Origin: Acidobacteriota bacterium
GTDB lineage: Bacteria > Acidobacteriota > Terriglobia > Terriglobales > Acidobacteriaceae
Reading direction: 5' to 3'
Assembly: GCA_025359885.1 (NCBI GenBank)
Contig: JANYDG010000068.1
Coordinates: forward strand, 6,177-70,176
Length of the DNA: 64,000 nt
The number at the start of each line of letters is the position of its first letter. The first letter of the stretch is position 1. Below are positions 35,422 to 45,300 of the stretch, piece by piece. The translations under genes and the position numbers were made by a program. The notes under the pieces were generated by a model, which saw only the letters and a program-made list of their open reading frames with translations, was not told the DNA's origin and did no database searches.

Positions 35422-36606
35422 TTGCTTCGTTTTATTGCCGTCTTTTCGGCGCTTGCTTTTGGCTTTATCGCTGCGGCTCAACTTTTGCCGGCCCAGACGC
35501 CAACCGCGGCCCAGGCCCAGAAACAGGCGCAGGCCCAGAAACAGGTGCAGGCCCCGACCCTGAAACCCCGCGTCATTGTTTTCGTCCACGGCATTCACGG
35601 CGACCGTGAGGCATGGCGGGCTGCCAATGGTGCCTACTGGCCGCAGCTGATCCAGAACGACCCGCATTTCCAGCAATCCGACGTGGTGGTGGCCGAGTAC
35701 CCTACGCCCTCGCGCAATGGCCAGTATTCGAGCCAGCAGTTGGCACAGATTCTATGGCAGGGGCTCAAAAAGCAGAAGGTCTGGGACCACCGGGAGGTTG
35801 TCTTCATCGCGCACAGTCTGGGGGGGCTGCTGACCGAGGAGATGCTGATCAACCACCCTGCGGACGCGGCGCGGGTCAGGTTCGTCGTTTCCTACGCGAC
35901 GCCGCACCAGGGCTCGTTTGTGGCCTCGCTCGCCCGAATCTACGACAAGGACCCCCTGCTGACCGACCTGCAGGACAGCAATGACAACAGCTTTCTGATC
36001 GACCTCGAAGACAAATGGCGAGGCAGCGCGGCGGTGAGCCGGATTCACCGCTACTGTGCCTACGAGGGGCGCGACACGGCGGCCGCGGAAACCGTGGGCC
36101 GACTGCTGCGGGCCCACACCCGCGTGGTGAGCTACTACAGCGCCACGTATGGCTGCGATACGGATACGTCGCCCAAGAAAATCGACGCCGACCACATCGA
36201 CATCGTTCGGCCCAGGGATCGCGCGGCGGACGCCTACACGTTTTTCTCCCGGGTCTATCACAGCAATCCGGTGATCAACGTCGTCGAGAGTGTGCGGGAC
36301 AACAAGATCATCGGCCTGAACGTCGACTGCAACCGGAAGAATTCAGCCGACGACCTGCAGGTGCCGATCGGGCTTGACCCTGCGCTGCATGAGCAAGTGA
36401 TCTCCGCCGAGGCCGAACTTGCGGATGCGGAAAGAATTCGGGAGATATCGGGCCCCATCGTGATGAAGGTCGATCCCGGCGGCATTGCCCATGTTGCTTT
36501 CTCGTTCCAGGGAAAAGGAAGGACAGTGCTGCTGGGCTGTCCGGATGGGCACGCGTCGATTCTGGTGCACTTTCATATTCGGGGTGAAGTGCCGGTGGCG
36601 GAGTAG
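35422..36606 (+). CDS. Secreted alpha/beta-hydrolase (PGAP1/DUF676-like serine esterase) with an extra C-terminal domain
   Basis: A signal peptide, VFVHGIHGD, a nucleophile elbow FIAHSLGG, and a possible catalytic His in DADHIDIV. About 110 aa at the C-terminus are unassigned. Confidence 0.6.
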   Translation: MLRFIAVFSALAFGFIAAAQLLPAQTPTAAQAQKQAQAQKQVQAPTLKPRVIVFVHGIHGDREAWRAANGAYWPQLIQNDPHFQQSDVVVAEYPTPSRNGQYSSQQLAQILWQGLKKQKVWDHREVVFIAHSLGGLLTEEMLINHPADAARVRFVVSYATPHQGSFVASLARIYDKDPLLTDLQDSNDNSFLIDLEDKWRGSAAVSRIHRYCAYEGRDTAAAETVGRLLRAHTRVVSYYSATYGCDTDTSPKKIDADHIDIVRPRDRAADAYTFFSRVYHSNPVINVVESVRDNKIIGLNVDCNRKNSADDLQVPIGLDPALHEQVISAEAELADAERIREISGPIVMKVDPGGIAHVAFSFQGKGRTVLLGCPDGHASILVHFHIRGEVPVAE

Positions 36607-36619
36607 CAGGTCGGGCCAG

Positions 36620-36748
36620 ATTCGACAGGCTAAAGCATTTTCGGGAATGGTATAAAGAGAGGCCGCACCGCTGACTGGATTTTTCATCAAGAAAAATCCA
36701 TCCTCGCGAAAGCTAGACACTTCACAGTATTCCTGAAAATGCTCTAAG
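36620..36748 (+). mobile_element. MITE-like structured repeat, copy A
   Basis: It aligns end to end with 41063..41189. It has terminal inverted repeats (AGCATTTTCGGGAAT / ATTCCTGAAAATGCT) and a central perfect 10-bp hairpin at 36676-36700. No coding capacity. Confidence 0.55.
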
Positions 36749-36840
36749 TCCCTTCGAATTGCAAAACTGCAAGCGGGAAGCTGCGATGCTATAAGGTAGA
36801 GAACAATCCGTAGGAAACGATGGTTTGAGGAGCGCGCCTT

Positions 36841-38106
36841 TTGGAGAGATTTACTGGCATTCTGGGAATTTTGGCCGTGTTGCTGGCGGCCTGGCTGGGG
36901 TCGACGAATCGGAAGGCGATTCGCGGGCGGACTGTGGCCTGGGGGCTGGGGCTGCAGTTGCTGTTTGCCTTTGTCGTGCTGCGCTCGGATTACGGGCAGA
37001 ACGCGATGGAGTGGGCCGGCGGAGTGATCCAGAAGATGCTGGCGGCTACCTACTCGGGAACGGTGGTGCTCTTTGGCCAGCTTGGGTTGCCGGGCGCGGG
37101 GGCGTTTGGCGAGATGCTGACGGCCAATGGGCACCCGAATTCGGGGTCGATCTTTGCTTTTCAAGTGCTGCCGACGATCATCTTCATCTCTGCATTTTTT
37201 GCGGTGCTGTATCACATTGGCGTGATGCAGATCATCATTCGCGCACTGGCCTGGGTGATGCTCAAGACGATGCGCATCTCGGGCGCGGAGAGCATGAACG
37301 TGGCCGCATCCATCTTCATGGGACAAACGGAGGCTCCGCTGACGATTCGGCCGTTTCTGGCCAAGGCGACGCGCAGCGAGCTGATGACCATCATGACCAG
37401 CGGCATGGCGCATGTCTCAGGCGGCATCATGGCGATGTACATTTCTCAGGGAGTTGAGGCAAAGCATCTGCTGGCGGCGGTGATTATGACTTCGCCGGGA
37501 ACGATTTTGATGGCCAAGATGCTGGTGCCAGAGACGGAGGTTCCGCTGACCGAGGGCAAGGTGGTCATGCCCAGGGACGAAATGCACGCGGAGGAGAACC
37601 TGATAGGCGCGATTGCCCGAGGAACGCTGGACGGGGGTAAGCTGGCCTTTAACGTGGGCATCATGCTGGTAAGCTTTCTGGCGCTGGTGGCGCTGCTCGA
37701 CAGCTTGCTGAATTGGTTTCATCTGGGGCATTTGTGGTTTCCCGGGAGCCTGGGGCAGATTCTGGGATTTGTCTTTGCGCCGGTGGCCTGGTTGATCGGG
37801 GTGCCGTGGCATGATGCGGGGGCGATTGGCAACCTGCTCGGCACGCGCATGGCGCTCAACGAAGTGATCGCCTACATTGCGCTGGGCGCGCAGAAAGCAA
37901 CGCTGGCTCCGCGGTCGTTTACGATTGCCACGTTTGCGCTGTGCGGATTTGCGAATCTGGGCTCAGTCGGCATGCAGATCGGCGGCATTGGCGCGCTGGT
38001 TCCGGAGCGGCGAAATGATTTGGCCAAGCTGGGGATTCGCGCGATGCTGGCCGGGACGATGGCGAATCTGATTTCCGCCTCGATTGCGGGGATGTTTCTG
38101 GGGTAA
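36841..38106 (+). CDS. nupC: NupC/NupG-family concentrative nucleoside transporter
   Basis: TTG start. (M)ERFTGILGILAVLLAAWLGSTNRKAIRGRTVAWGLGLQLLFAFVVLR... is a typical CNT N-terminus; 421 aa, polytopic. Confidence 0.85.
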   Translation: MERFTGILGILAVLLAAWLGSTNRKAIRGRTVAWGLGLQLLFAFVVLRSDYGQNAMEWAGGVIQKMLAATYSGTVVLFGQLGLPGAGAFGEMLTANGHPNSGSIFAFQVLPTIIFISAFFAVLYHIGVMQIIIRALAWVMLKTMRISGAESMNVAASIFMGQTEAPLTIRPFLAKATRSELMTIMTSGMAHVSGGIMAMYISQGVEAKHLLAAVIMTSPGTILMAKMLVPETEVPLTEGKVVMPRDEMHAEENLIGAIARGTLDGGKLAFNVGIMLVSFLALVALLDSLLNWFHLGHLWFPGSLGQILGFVFAPVAWLIGVPWHDAGAIGNLLGTRMALNEVIAYIALGAQKATLAPRSFTIATFALCGFANLGSVGMQIGGIGALVPERRNDLAKLGIRAMLAGTMANLISASIAGMFLG

Positions 38107-38111
38107 TTGAT

Positions 38112-38396
38112 TCAGGCTTTTTGTGCCTGCAACCGGCGAATCCGGTAGTAGATGGTCAGCGCTGTGACGGAGCCGCAGGTGAGCAGGCTGGCGGACATGC
38201 CCAGAATCAGCGACCAATCCCCTTGCAGGCAGCCGTGGACGATGCCGATGACCTGCAGAAAGCTGAAGCCCCCAAAGGTGATCAGTGAGATGCCTTCGTC
38301 TGACTTCTTGCGCCAGACGGCGATGATCTGGGGAACGAAGAGCAGGGCGTTGCCGCCGAGGCCCAGGCCAAAGAGGATGGCGACGATTTCCTTCAT
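38112..38396 (-). CDS. SemiSWEET/PQ-loop family transporter
   Basis: 94 aa with three TM segments and a PQ motif (VPQIIAVWRKK). Confidence 0.7.
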   Translation of the reverse strand: MKEIVAILFGLGLGGNALLFVPQIIAVWRKKSDEGISLITFGGFSFLQVIGIVHGCLQGDWSLILGMSASLLTCGSVTALTIYYRIRRLQAQKA

Positions 38397-38701
38397 GCGC
38401 TCGCCGGTCCGTTTGCGGGGTCGGGCAGAGCGCTGCCGCCGAAGCGCTCCAGATTGCGGGTGCGGGCTTTGGCGGCTTCTTCTTCGCGGCTGCGGGGCGG
38501 GGCGTTGGTTTCAAGCGATGCAAGCAGCCGGGCAGAGATAGCGGCAATCTCTTCGATGGCGGTCAGGAAGGCGGTTTCGTTGGCCTTCGACGGCTTGTTG
38601 AAGCCGCTGACCTTGCGCACAAACTGGAGGGAGGCGGCGTGAATCTCTTCGTCGGTCACGGGCGGGTCAAAGTTAAAGAGCATTTTGATATTGCGGCACA
38701 T
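38393..38701 (-). CDS. DUF2277 domain-containing protein
   Basis: MCRNIKMLFNFDPPVTDEEIHAASLQFVRKVSGFNKPS... matches the DUF2277 N-terminus as I remember it. The start is taken at ATG 38701. There is an ATGA overlap with the SemiSWEET gene. Confidence 0.65.
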   Translation of the reverse strand: MCRNIKMLFNFDPPVTDEEIHAASLQFVRKVSGFNKPSKANETAFLTAIEEIAAISARLLASLETNAPPRSREEEAAKARTRNLERFGGSALPDPANGPASA

Positions 38702-38841
38702 CGGAATGGCACCTCGCTCTGGGGGAATGTTGAAGGCAGGAACACTTCTTTGAACAAGGTACTTCAAACGTGCCGGTCTTGGATGGGGCGGCAATCAATT
38801 CGACATGCCAATCTCGCCTCGGCTTGTAGAATGGCGGGAAG

Positions 38842-39732
38842 ATGACGTACTTCAAACAAGTGAATGAGGCGGCGGAGTTTCTTCGCGGCCAACTGAGCGG
38901 ACTGGCCCCGCGGATCGGCATCGTGCTCGGGTCGGGCCTGGGCGCGGTGGCTGAGGCCGTCGAGTCGCCGGAATGGGTGCCGTACGGGGCAATTCCCCAC
39001 TTTCCTCAATCGACGGTCGAGGGGCACTCGGGTCGCATCGTCGCAGGGCTGCTGGGCGGAGTGCCGGTCATCGTGATGCAGGGGCGGGTGCATTTTTACG
39101 AAGGCTATACGCCTGCGCAGGTGACCTTTCCCATGCGGGTGCTGGGGCGGCTGGGGCTGGAGACAGTGATTCTGACCAATGCATCCGGGGGCATCAACTC
39201 CAATTATCAGGTGGGCCAACTGGTGCTGCTCTCGGACCACATCAATCTGCTGGGGTTCAATCCGCTGATTGGGCCGAATGAGGCCCGGTTTGGCGATGGG
39301 AAGAAGACCGGTCTGCGCTTCTTTGATATGACTGAAGCTTACTCGGTGGAATTGCGCGCACTGGCGCAGGCGGCGGCCCGTGAGGGGGGGGAGGCGCTGC
39401 ATGAGGGCGTGTACCTGGCAACTTCCGGGCCGAGCTTTGAAACTCCTGCGGAGATTCGGGCCTTTCGGAATCTTGGCGCGGACCTGGTGGGCATGTCGAC
39501 CGTCCCAGAGACCATTGTCGCGCGGCACATGGGCCTGCGGGTGCTGGGCATCAGTTGCGTGACCAACCTGGCGGCGGGCATCAGCGCGACACACCTGAGC
39601 CATGAAGAGGTCTTCTTGGCGGGAAGCCGGGTGCAGCACCAGTTGGCAAGTCTGTTCACGCGGTTGCTCCCGGCAATTGCCGCTAACCAGGCTGAGGCTC
39701 AGGCTGAGGCTGAGGCTGAGCAGGCACGATGA
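38842..39732 (+). CDS. punA: Purine nucleoside phosphorylase (trimeric PNP family)
   Basis: GIVLGSGLG, VMQGRVHFYEG, FETPAEIR and GMSTVPE. The C-terminus ends in an (AE/AQ) hexanucleotide repeat. Confidence 0.85.
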   Translation: MTYFKQVNEAAEFLRGQLSGLAPRIGIVLGSGLGAVAEAVESPEWVPYGAIPHFPQSTVEGHSGRIVAGLLGGVPVIVMQGRVHFYEGYTPAQVTFPMRVLGRLGLETVILTNASGGINSNYQVGQLVLLSDHINLLGFNPLIGPNEARFGDGKKTGLRFFDMTEAYSVELRALAQAAAREGGEALHEGVYLATSGPSFETPAEIRAFRNLGADLVGMSTVPETIVARHMGLRVLGISCVTNLAAGISATHLSHEEVFLAGSRVQHQLASLFTRLLPAIAANQAEAQAEAEAEQAR

Positions 39733-40385
39733 GCCAGCGGCTTCCTTTTCCGCCCTTGATGCTGGCCGTTGCCGGGGCCTCTGGTTCGGGCAAGACTACG
39801 CTGGCCGCAGAGCTGGCGCGGACGCTGGGCGGGCTGCACTTTTCGATGGACAGCTACTACCGCGACCTGAGCAACCTGCCGCTCAAAGAGCGCGCGCTCA
39901 AGAACTTCGATGACCCGGCGATGATCGAGTCGCGGCTCCTGGCCGCCCACATTGCCGCCTTGGCGCAGGGGCACGCGATTGAGAGGCCGCTCTATGACTT
40001 TGCCTCTTATGCGCGGCTTGGGAATCAGACGGAGACCATTGAGCCGGGGGCGGTGGTTGTCGTCGAGGGACTCTTTGCTCTGTATTTTCCTGAGCTGCGG
40101 CCACATTTCCAACTCGGAGTCTATGTCGATACTCCCGATGATGTGTGCTTTGGCCGCCGTCTCAAGCGCGATATCGAGGAGCGTGGCCGCGACCCCGAGT
40201 CGGTGCGCCGTCAGTACAACGCCACGGTGCGCCCATGCAGCATTGCCTTCGTGCGCCCTCTGATCGACCTGGCCGATCTGGTGGTGGACGGCACGGACAC
40301 ACTCGATTTCAAAATCGAGCAGGTGATTGGCACATTGAAGAAGCGGGGTTTGTTGTCGAGATTCGGCCTGAGAGAGCAGGCATGA
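39729..40385 (+). CDS. udk: Uridine kinase
   Basis: P-loop VAGASGSGKTTLA and ...DTPDDVCFGRRLKRDIEERGR. There is an ATGA overlap with the PNP gene. Confidence 0.85.
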   Translation: MSQRLPFPPLMLAVAGASGSGKTTLAAELARTLGGLHFSMDSYYRDLSNLPLKERALKNFDDPAMIESRLLAAHIAALAQGHAIERPLYDFASYARLGNQTETIEPGAVVVVEGLFALYFPELRPHFQLGVYVDTPDDVCFGRRLKRDIEERGRDPESVRRQYNATVRPCSIAFVRPLIDLADLVVDGTDTLDFKIEQVIGTLKKRGLLSRFGLREQA

Positions 40386-40510
40386 GGATGAAGGGTTCGT
40401 ATCCCATTCTGAGACGCTGCTAACGGAATTGGTCCTGTTTAACAAACATTCATAAACTTCTTGCCATGGGGTCGCGCAACCTATTTCGCCTGCCGATACT
40501 CTAAAGGAGT

Positions 40511-41029
40511 ATGGGCAACACCATCCAACTCGGGCAGTCCCGGCTAAAAACATCCTTCTCTGCCAGGCTACAGTTGGCGCAGGAGAGGGTGATGGGGTGG
40601 CTCAAGACGGGGATTGACCCCCGTCAGCTGGCTTTTACGCTGGCACTTGGGTTTGCCATCGGCTGTATTCCATTGCTGGGTGTGACCACAGCCATTTGTG
40701 CGCTGCTGGCTCTCATTTTGCGGCTGAACATGCCCGCAATCCAGGCGGCCAACTGGGTAGCGATGCCTCTGCAGGTTTTGCTGCTGCTTCCCTTCTTCCG
40801 GTTGGGCCAGTGGCTGTTTCCCGGCCAGACAGTGGCTTTGACAAGGGCTGATCTGCTCTCGCGAATGACGACAGCGCCTTTGCCCATGCTGCAGCAGATG
40901 GGCGGACTATATGAGCATGCGCTTCTGGCGTGGCTGATTACGGCCGGACCCGGCCTGCTTTTGCTGACTGTCCTGCTCACGCCTCTGATGCACCGATTCT
41001 CCCGATTCGTCAGCCCGGTTTCCGAATAA
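40511..41029 (+). CDS. DUF2062 domain-containing membrane protein
   Basis: LKTGIDPRQLAFTLALGFAIGCIPLLGVTTAICALLAL is the DUF2062 core. Confidence 0.6.
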   Translation: MGNTIQLGQSRLKTSFSARLQLAQERVMGWLKTGIDPRQLAFTLALGFAIGCIPLLGVTTAICALLALILRLNMPAIQAANWVAMPLQVLLLLPFFRLGQWLFPGQTVALTRADLLSRMTTAPLPMLQQMGGLYEHALLAWLITAGPGLLLLTVLLTPLMHRFSRFVSPVSE

Positions 41030-41062
41030 ACCTGGCCTGCAGGGCGTGCCTCAAATTCCCTC

Positions 41063-41189
41063 ATTCGACACTCTAAGGCATTTTCAGGAATGGTATACAG
41101 GGGGCCGCACCGCTGACTGGATTTTTCATCAAGAAAAATCCATCGTCGCCAAAGCCAGACACTGCACAGTATTCCTGAAAATGCTCTAG
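41063..41189 (+). mobile_element. MITE-like structured repeat, copy B
   Basis: It has the same orientation as copy A and about a dozen differences from it by hand alignment. The right end overlaps the TAG stop (41186-41188) of the nuclease gene. Confidence 0.55.
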
Positions 41190-42103
41190 TTACGGTCCTG
41201 CGCCGGCTTGGCGCTCTCAACCCATGCGGTGTCGATCATGTCGCGCAGCATGCTGGCCCCAGCGGCGAGACGCTCGATTGCGAAGGAGCGCGATTCCGGC
41301 GTCCCAGCCTTCTCAAACGCTCCGGCCTTGTCAAAGGCGTAGACCGTATTCACCAACGTGAAAGAGTGGCGCAGGTAAGCGAGATAGCTCTCGAAGATGT
41401 CCCCCTGGAGCACGGTCGGGGTGCTCATTTTCCTGGCAACCTCGGCAGGGGCAAGATTTGCGGCGACAAAGGGACCTTCGAAGCGCAAATGAATGCCACG
41501 ACCCGTGCTGAACTCGTTGGGATTGTCCTTTTGCACCCAACCGTCGTAGTTCTTCGTGGTGTGCAAGGGCTGCGAGCCGTCGCCGACATAGTGACCCAGC
41601 CAGCCGGCATAGAAAATCGCTGCCTGCTCTACCGCGACGAGGTCCTTCTCATTGACTCGTTTCGAAGCCGAGAGACGGCGGTATTCACGCAACGCAGCCT
41701 TGAGTCGTTGCCACACTTCAACCGTCTCCCACGGTTGGAGTCCTATTTTCTCCGGGCGCTGACCTTGGGAAAAGACTTCAGCCTCAAAATCCAGGCGGCG
41801 ATGAGGCAGCGGCTGAAATGCCTCTGCGAGCTCCAGGTCAAGAAAATGCTCGGGAGCCTGGGCCGCACTCAATTCTGCTTCCGCATGCGAACGCCACCTG
41901 TCTGGCTCCGGTCCGAGGTACTCGATTTGATCGAGTGCGTCGGGAGAGCGCAGGAACAATGGCACGTCGGCTGACAGGTTACTGGCAGCGAGCCGGTTAA
42001 TCATGCGGTGACCTTCGTTTCCCCATCCGTAACCAGTCACCGGGGCCAGGAGTTGCATAGCCAAGGTTAAAACGACAGCAATCTTACTCAAAGAAGTGCG
42101 CAT
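41186..42103 (-). CDS. Secreted S1/P1-family nuclease
   Basis: A signal peptide followed by GWGNEGHRMINRLAA, and HYVGDGSQPLHTT (family motif H.vgD..QPLH). Confidence 0.75.
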   Translation of the reverse strand: MRTSLSKIAVVLTLAMQLLAPVTGYGWGNEGHRMINRLAASNLSADVPLFLRSPDALDQIEYLGPEPDRWRSHAEAELSAAQAPEHFLDLELAEAFQPLPHRRLDFEAEVFSQGQRPEKIGLQPWETVEVWQRLKAALREYRRLSASKRVNEKDLVAVEQAAIFYAGWLGHYVGDGSQPLHTTKNYDGWVQKDNPNEFSTGRGIHLRFEGPFVAANLAPAEVARKMSTPTVLQGDIFESYLAYLRHSFTLVNTVYAFDKAGAFEKAGTPESRSFAIERLAAGASMLRDMIDTAWVESAKPAQDRN

Positions 42104-42376
42104 GACCCGCAGTATAGCGGTGATTTCAGCTTATATCGGCAAAATGGCCATGAAATTCAGAGCAAAGCCTGCCCGATTTGAATCTGGGCCGAGAGAAGGA
42201 AATATTTTCCGCAAAAGACCGGGAATCAATTTCGTTGATGCAAATAAATAAATTGCTTGCTTCCAGCACCAAGGTCAGCTAGGGTAACACTAAAGTTGTA
42301 GACAAAATCTGCCCCCTGCTGCGTTCTATCGAGAGTACGTGAGCACTGTTGGCCGTGAATATATGAGCGGAGCCTT

Positions 42377-45300
42377 TTGAAGAACCAGATCTCAAAAAAA
42401 GTGCTGATCCTCACCGGATGCGCCATTCTCGGCATCGGCATCGGCGTTGTGGCTCACATGATCTGGGGTGCGTCTGTCAATAATTTGATTGCCGCTTTCG
42501 TTTTTGGATCGGCTTCCCCGCTCCTGCTGCTCTTCCTGCTCCGCGAGAATCCGCAGAATCGGGCGCGCGACAAGAGCAGCCACCCTGGGCAGGCAGAGTC
42601 GTTGCTGGATGCGACCGGGCCGATGATTCTGGCCACCTCGATGGAAGGCCGTTTCATCTATCTGAATCCCTCGGCGGAGCGGGTTCTGGGATTGCGGGCC
42701 AGTGAGGTTGTCGGCAAGGCTTTGATGACTGATGTCTTCGCACCCGGGGAACTGCAGCGCATTAGCCAATGGCTCAGGAAGCTGAATCTCAATGGACCTT
42801 CGGAACCGACTGGTTCGGTTGATCCGCTGCGCGATTGCATCCATTATGTATTCCAGTTTCCGCCCAGCCAGTTGCGCGGCATCGATCTACAGCTTCGCCG
42901 TGCCGATGGGGGTGTATTTCCCGCCACACTCTATCTTTCAGCGGTTCGGGATAATCAAGGCAAGGCAGTCGGCGTGCAGGCAGTGGCGCTGGACCAGTCG
43001 CTGAGTCATCGCCAGGAACGGGCACTGCGTGAGTCCCGCGAACGCTTTCGAGACCTGTTTGAAAATGCGAACGAGATGATTGCGACGCTGAATCCTGCGG
43101 GTCAGTTTGTCTATGTGAACCCGGTGTGGAAGTCCTGTTTTGGCCTGGCCGAGAACGATTTCAGCAAGATCGGCTCTTTCGAAATGGTCTTCAGTGCAGA
43201 CTGCCGCTCGGAAGTCGGTAGACTTTTTCATCTGGCTCTCGAAGGCGAGGCAGTCGAACGATCCCCGGTTCGTACGCACACCAACGACGGACGAGTGCTG
43301 GATCTCGAACTGAGCCTGAGCCGGCGGGAAAAGATTGGCAATCCGTTGGCTGTCCGATGCCTTTTGCGCGATATTACGCCGCAGAAGCAGCGCGAACGCC
43401 GACTGGCCCTGCAGCTTGTTGTGAGTCAGATCATCGGGCAGAGCACTTCTCCAGAGGTCGCAGCGATGCGCATTCTTGAGGCGGTTTGCCTCTCGCAGGG
43501 CTGGGATGCGGCGATGCTCTGGAAGCTCAACGATGCAGCGGACGAAAGCGATCAACGCCTGGAGTTTTACTCGGCCTGGGGCACACCGGGCAAACGCAGC
43601 GAAGACCTGATTCAAGAGAGCATGGGGCAATGCCTCAGCCGCGGCCCTGACCTGCCTGGGCGGGTGTGGGAACAAGGGCGCGCAGTATGGCTTGAAGATC
43701 TGTCAGCGGCTCAGGCCACGGGTCCCTTTTCACCGCGGCTGGAGGCGGCCTTAAGCCATGAGCTCGTCACTGGCTGGGCATTGCCGGTCGGCGTCGGCAA
43801 TCGGCTCATCGCAGTGCTGGAGTTCTATTGCCACCAGCGCCACCGCGAAGAACGCGAAACGATGGCCACCCTCGAGACCGTTTCCTCCTCTCTGGGGCAG
43901 ATGCTGGCACGTTCTCGCGAACAGGATCGCGTGGAAGAACTGCATCGCACCCAGGAAATTCTTCTCGACACGATTGAAGACGGGATCTGCGGCGTTGACC
44001 GCAATGGTCTAGCCAGCCTGGTCAACCCAGCCGCGGGTCGCCTGCTGGGTGCCTCTGCGGAGACGCTGGTTGGCATGTCGGTGCACGACCTTCTCCATGG
44101 ACGGGCACCTGGCGGCGAATCCTGTGGTGAAGATTGCGTGCTGCGGCGAGCCTTGGCCAACAATACCTCGGTCGGTGCAGAGACGACCGCGTATCGCCAT
44201 GATGGGCGCTCCTTCCCCGCCGAGTTTTCACTGACCCCGATTCTTGAACAGGGACGCATCTCGGGCAGTGTGCTCAGCTTCCGCGATATCAGCCAGCGTT
44301 TTGCGCTGGACCGCATGAAGGATGAGTTTGTTTCGACGGTGAGCCATGAGTTGCGCACGCCGCTTACATCGATCCGCGGAGCCCTGGGTCTGCTCTCGTC
44401 GGGCATGCTTGGGCAGGTCAGCGACAAAGCAGCCAACCTGCTGCGGATTGCACTCTCAAACTCTGACCGGCTGGTGCGGCTGATCAATGACATTCTCGAT
44501 CTGGAACGCATTCAAAGCGGCCGGGAACCCCTGACCTTCCGCCCCATCGCTCTAGGTGAAATTGTCCGCCAGGCAATCGACGGCATGCAGCCCGTGGCTG
44601 ACGCTGCAGGCGTCAACCTGATCCATGACGCAAATTTGATTCACCTGTCGGCAGACCCTGATCGCCTGCTCCAGATCATCACCAACCTGCTCTCCAATGC
44701 AGTCAAGTTTTCTCCAGAGGGCTCCACCGTAGCGGTCACGCTGCGCGAGGGTTCCAATGGCGTGGTGCTCTCAGTCATCGATCAGGGTCGCGGCATTCCA
44801 GCCGACAAGCTGGACACTATTTTTGACCGTTTCCAACAGGTAGATGCATCTGACAGTCGCCAAAAGGGCGGCAGCGGACTTGGTTTGGCCATCTGCAGGA
44901 CGATTGTGCATCAGCATGGCGGGCATATCTGGGCAGAGCGGAATCCGGTGTGCGGTTCAACCTTCCGTGTCACGCTTCCGCTGCATCCAAGCCTTGCGGC
45001 CAACCCTCCCGCAACTCCGCTGGTCGAGCTGGACCGCGGGCGCATTCTGCTGGCCGATGCCAACGAAACGACCCGCCTGATGGTTGCAAATCAGTTGCGT
45101 CGTCAGGGCTATCACGTGGTTGAAACAGGTTCAGTGGAGGAAACGCTGACCGCTTTATCCGTCCGCGCCGACCTTGGCCGCACCACTTCCACGAGCCTCG
45201 GCAGCGGCGACGCTGCATCGAAGAGCCACCAAATCTCAGGAGCAAGCCCCGATGATGCTCCCATCGAAGCCATCCTGGTCGATATTTCTCTTGACGGGCT

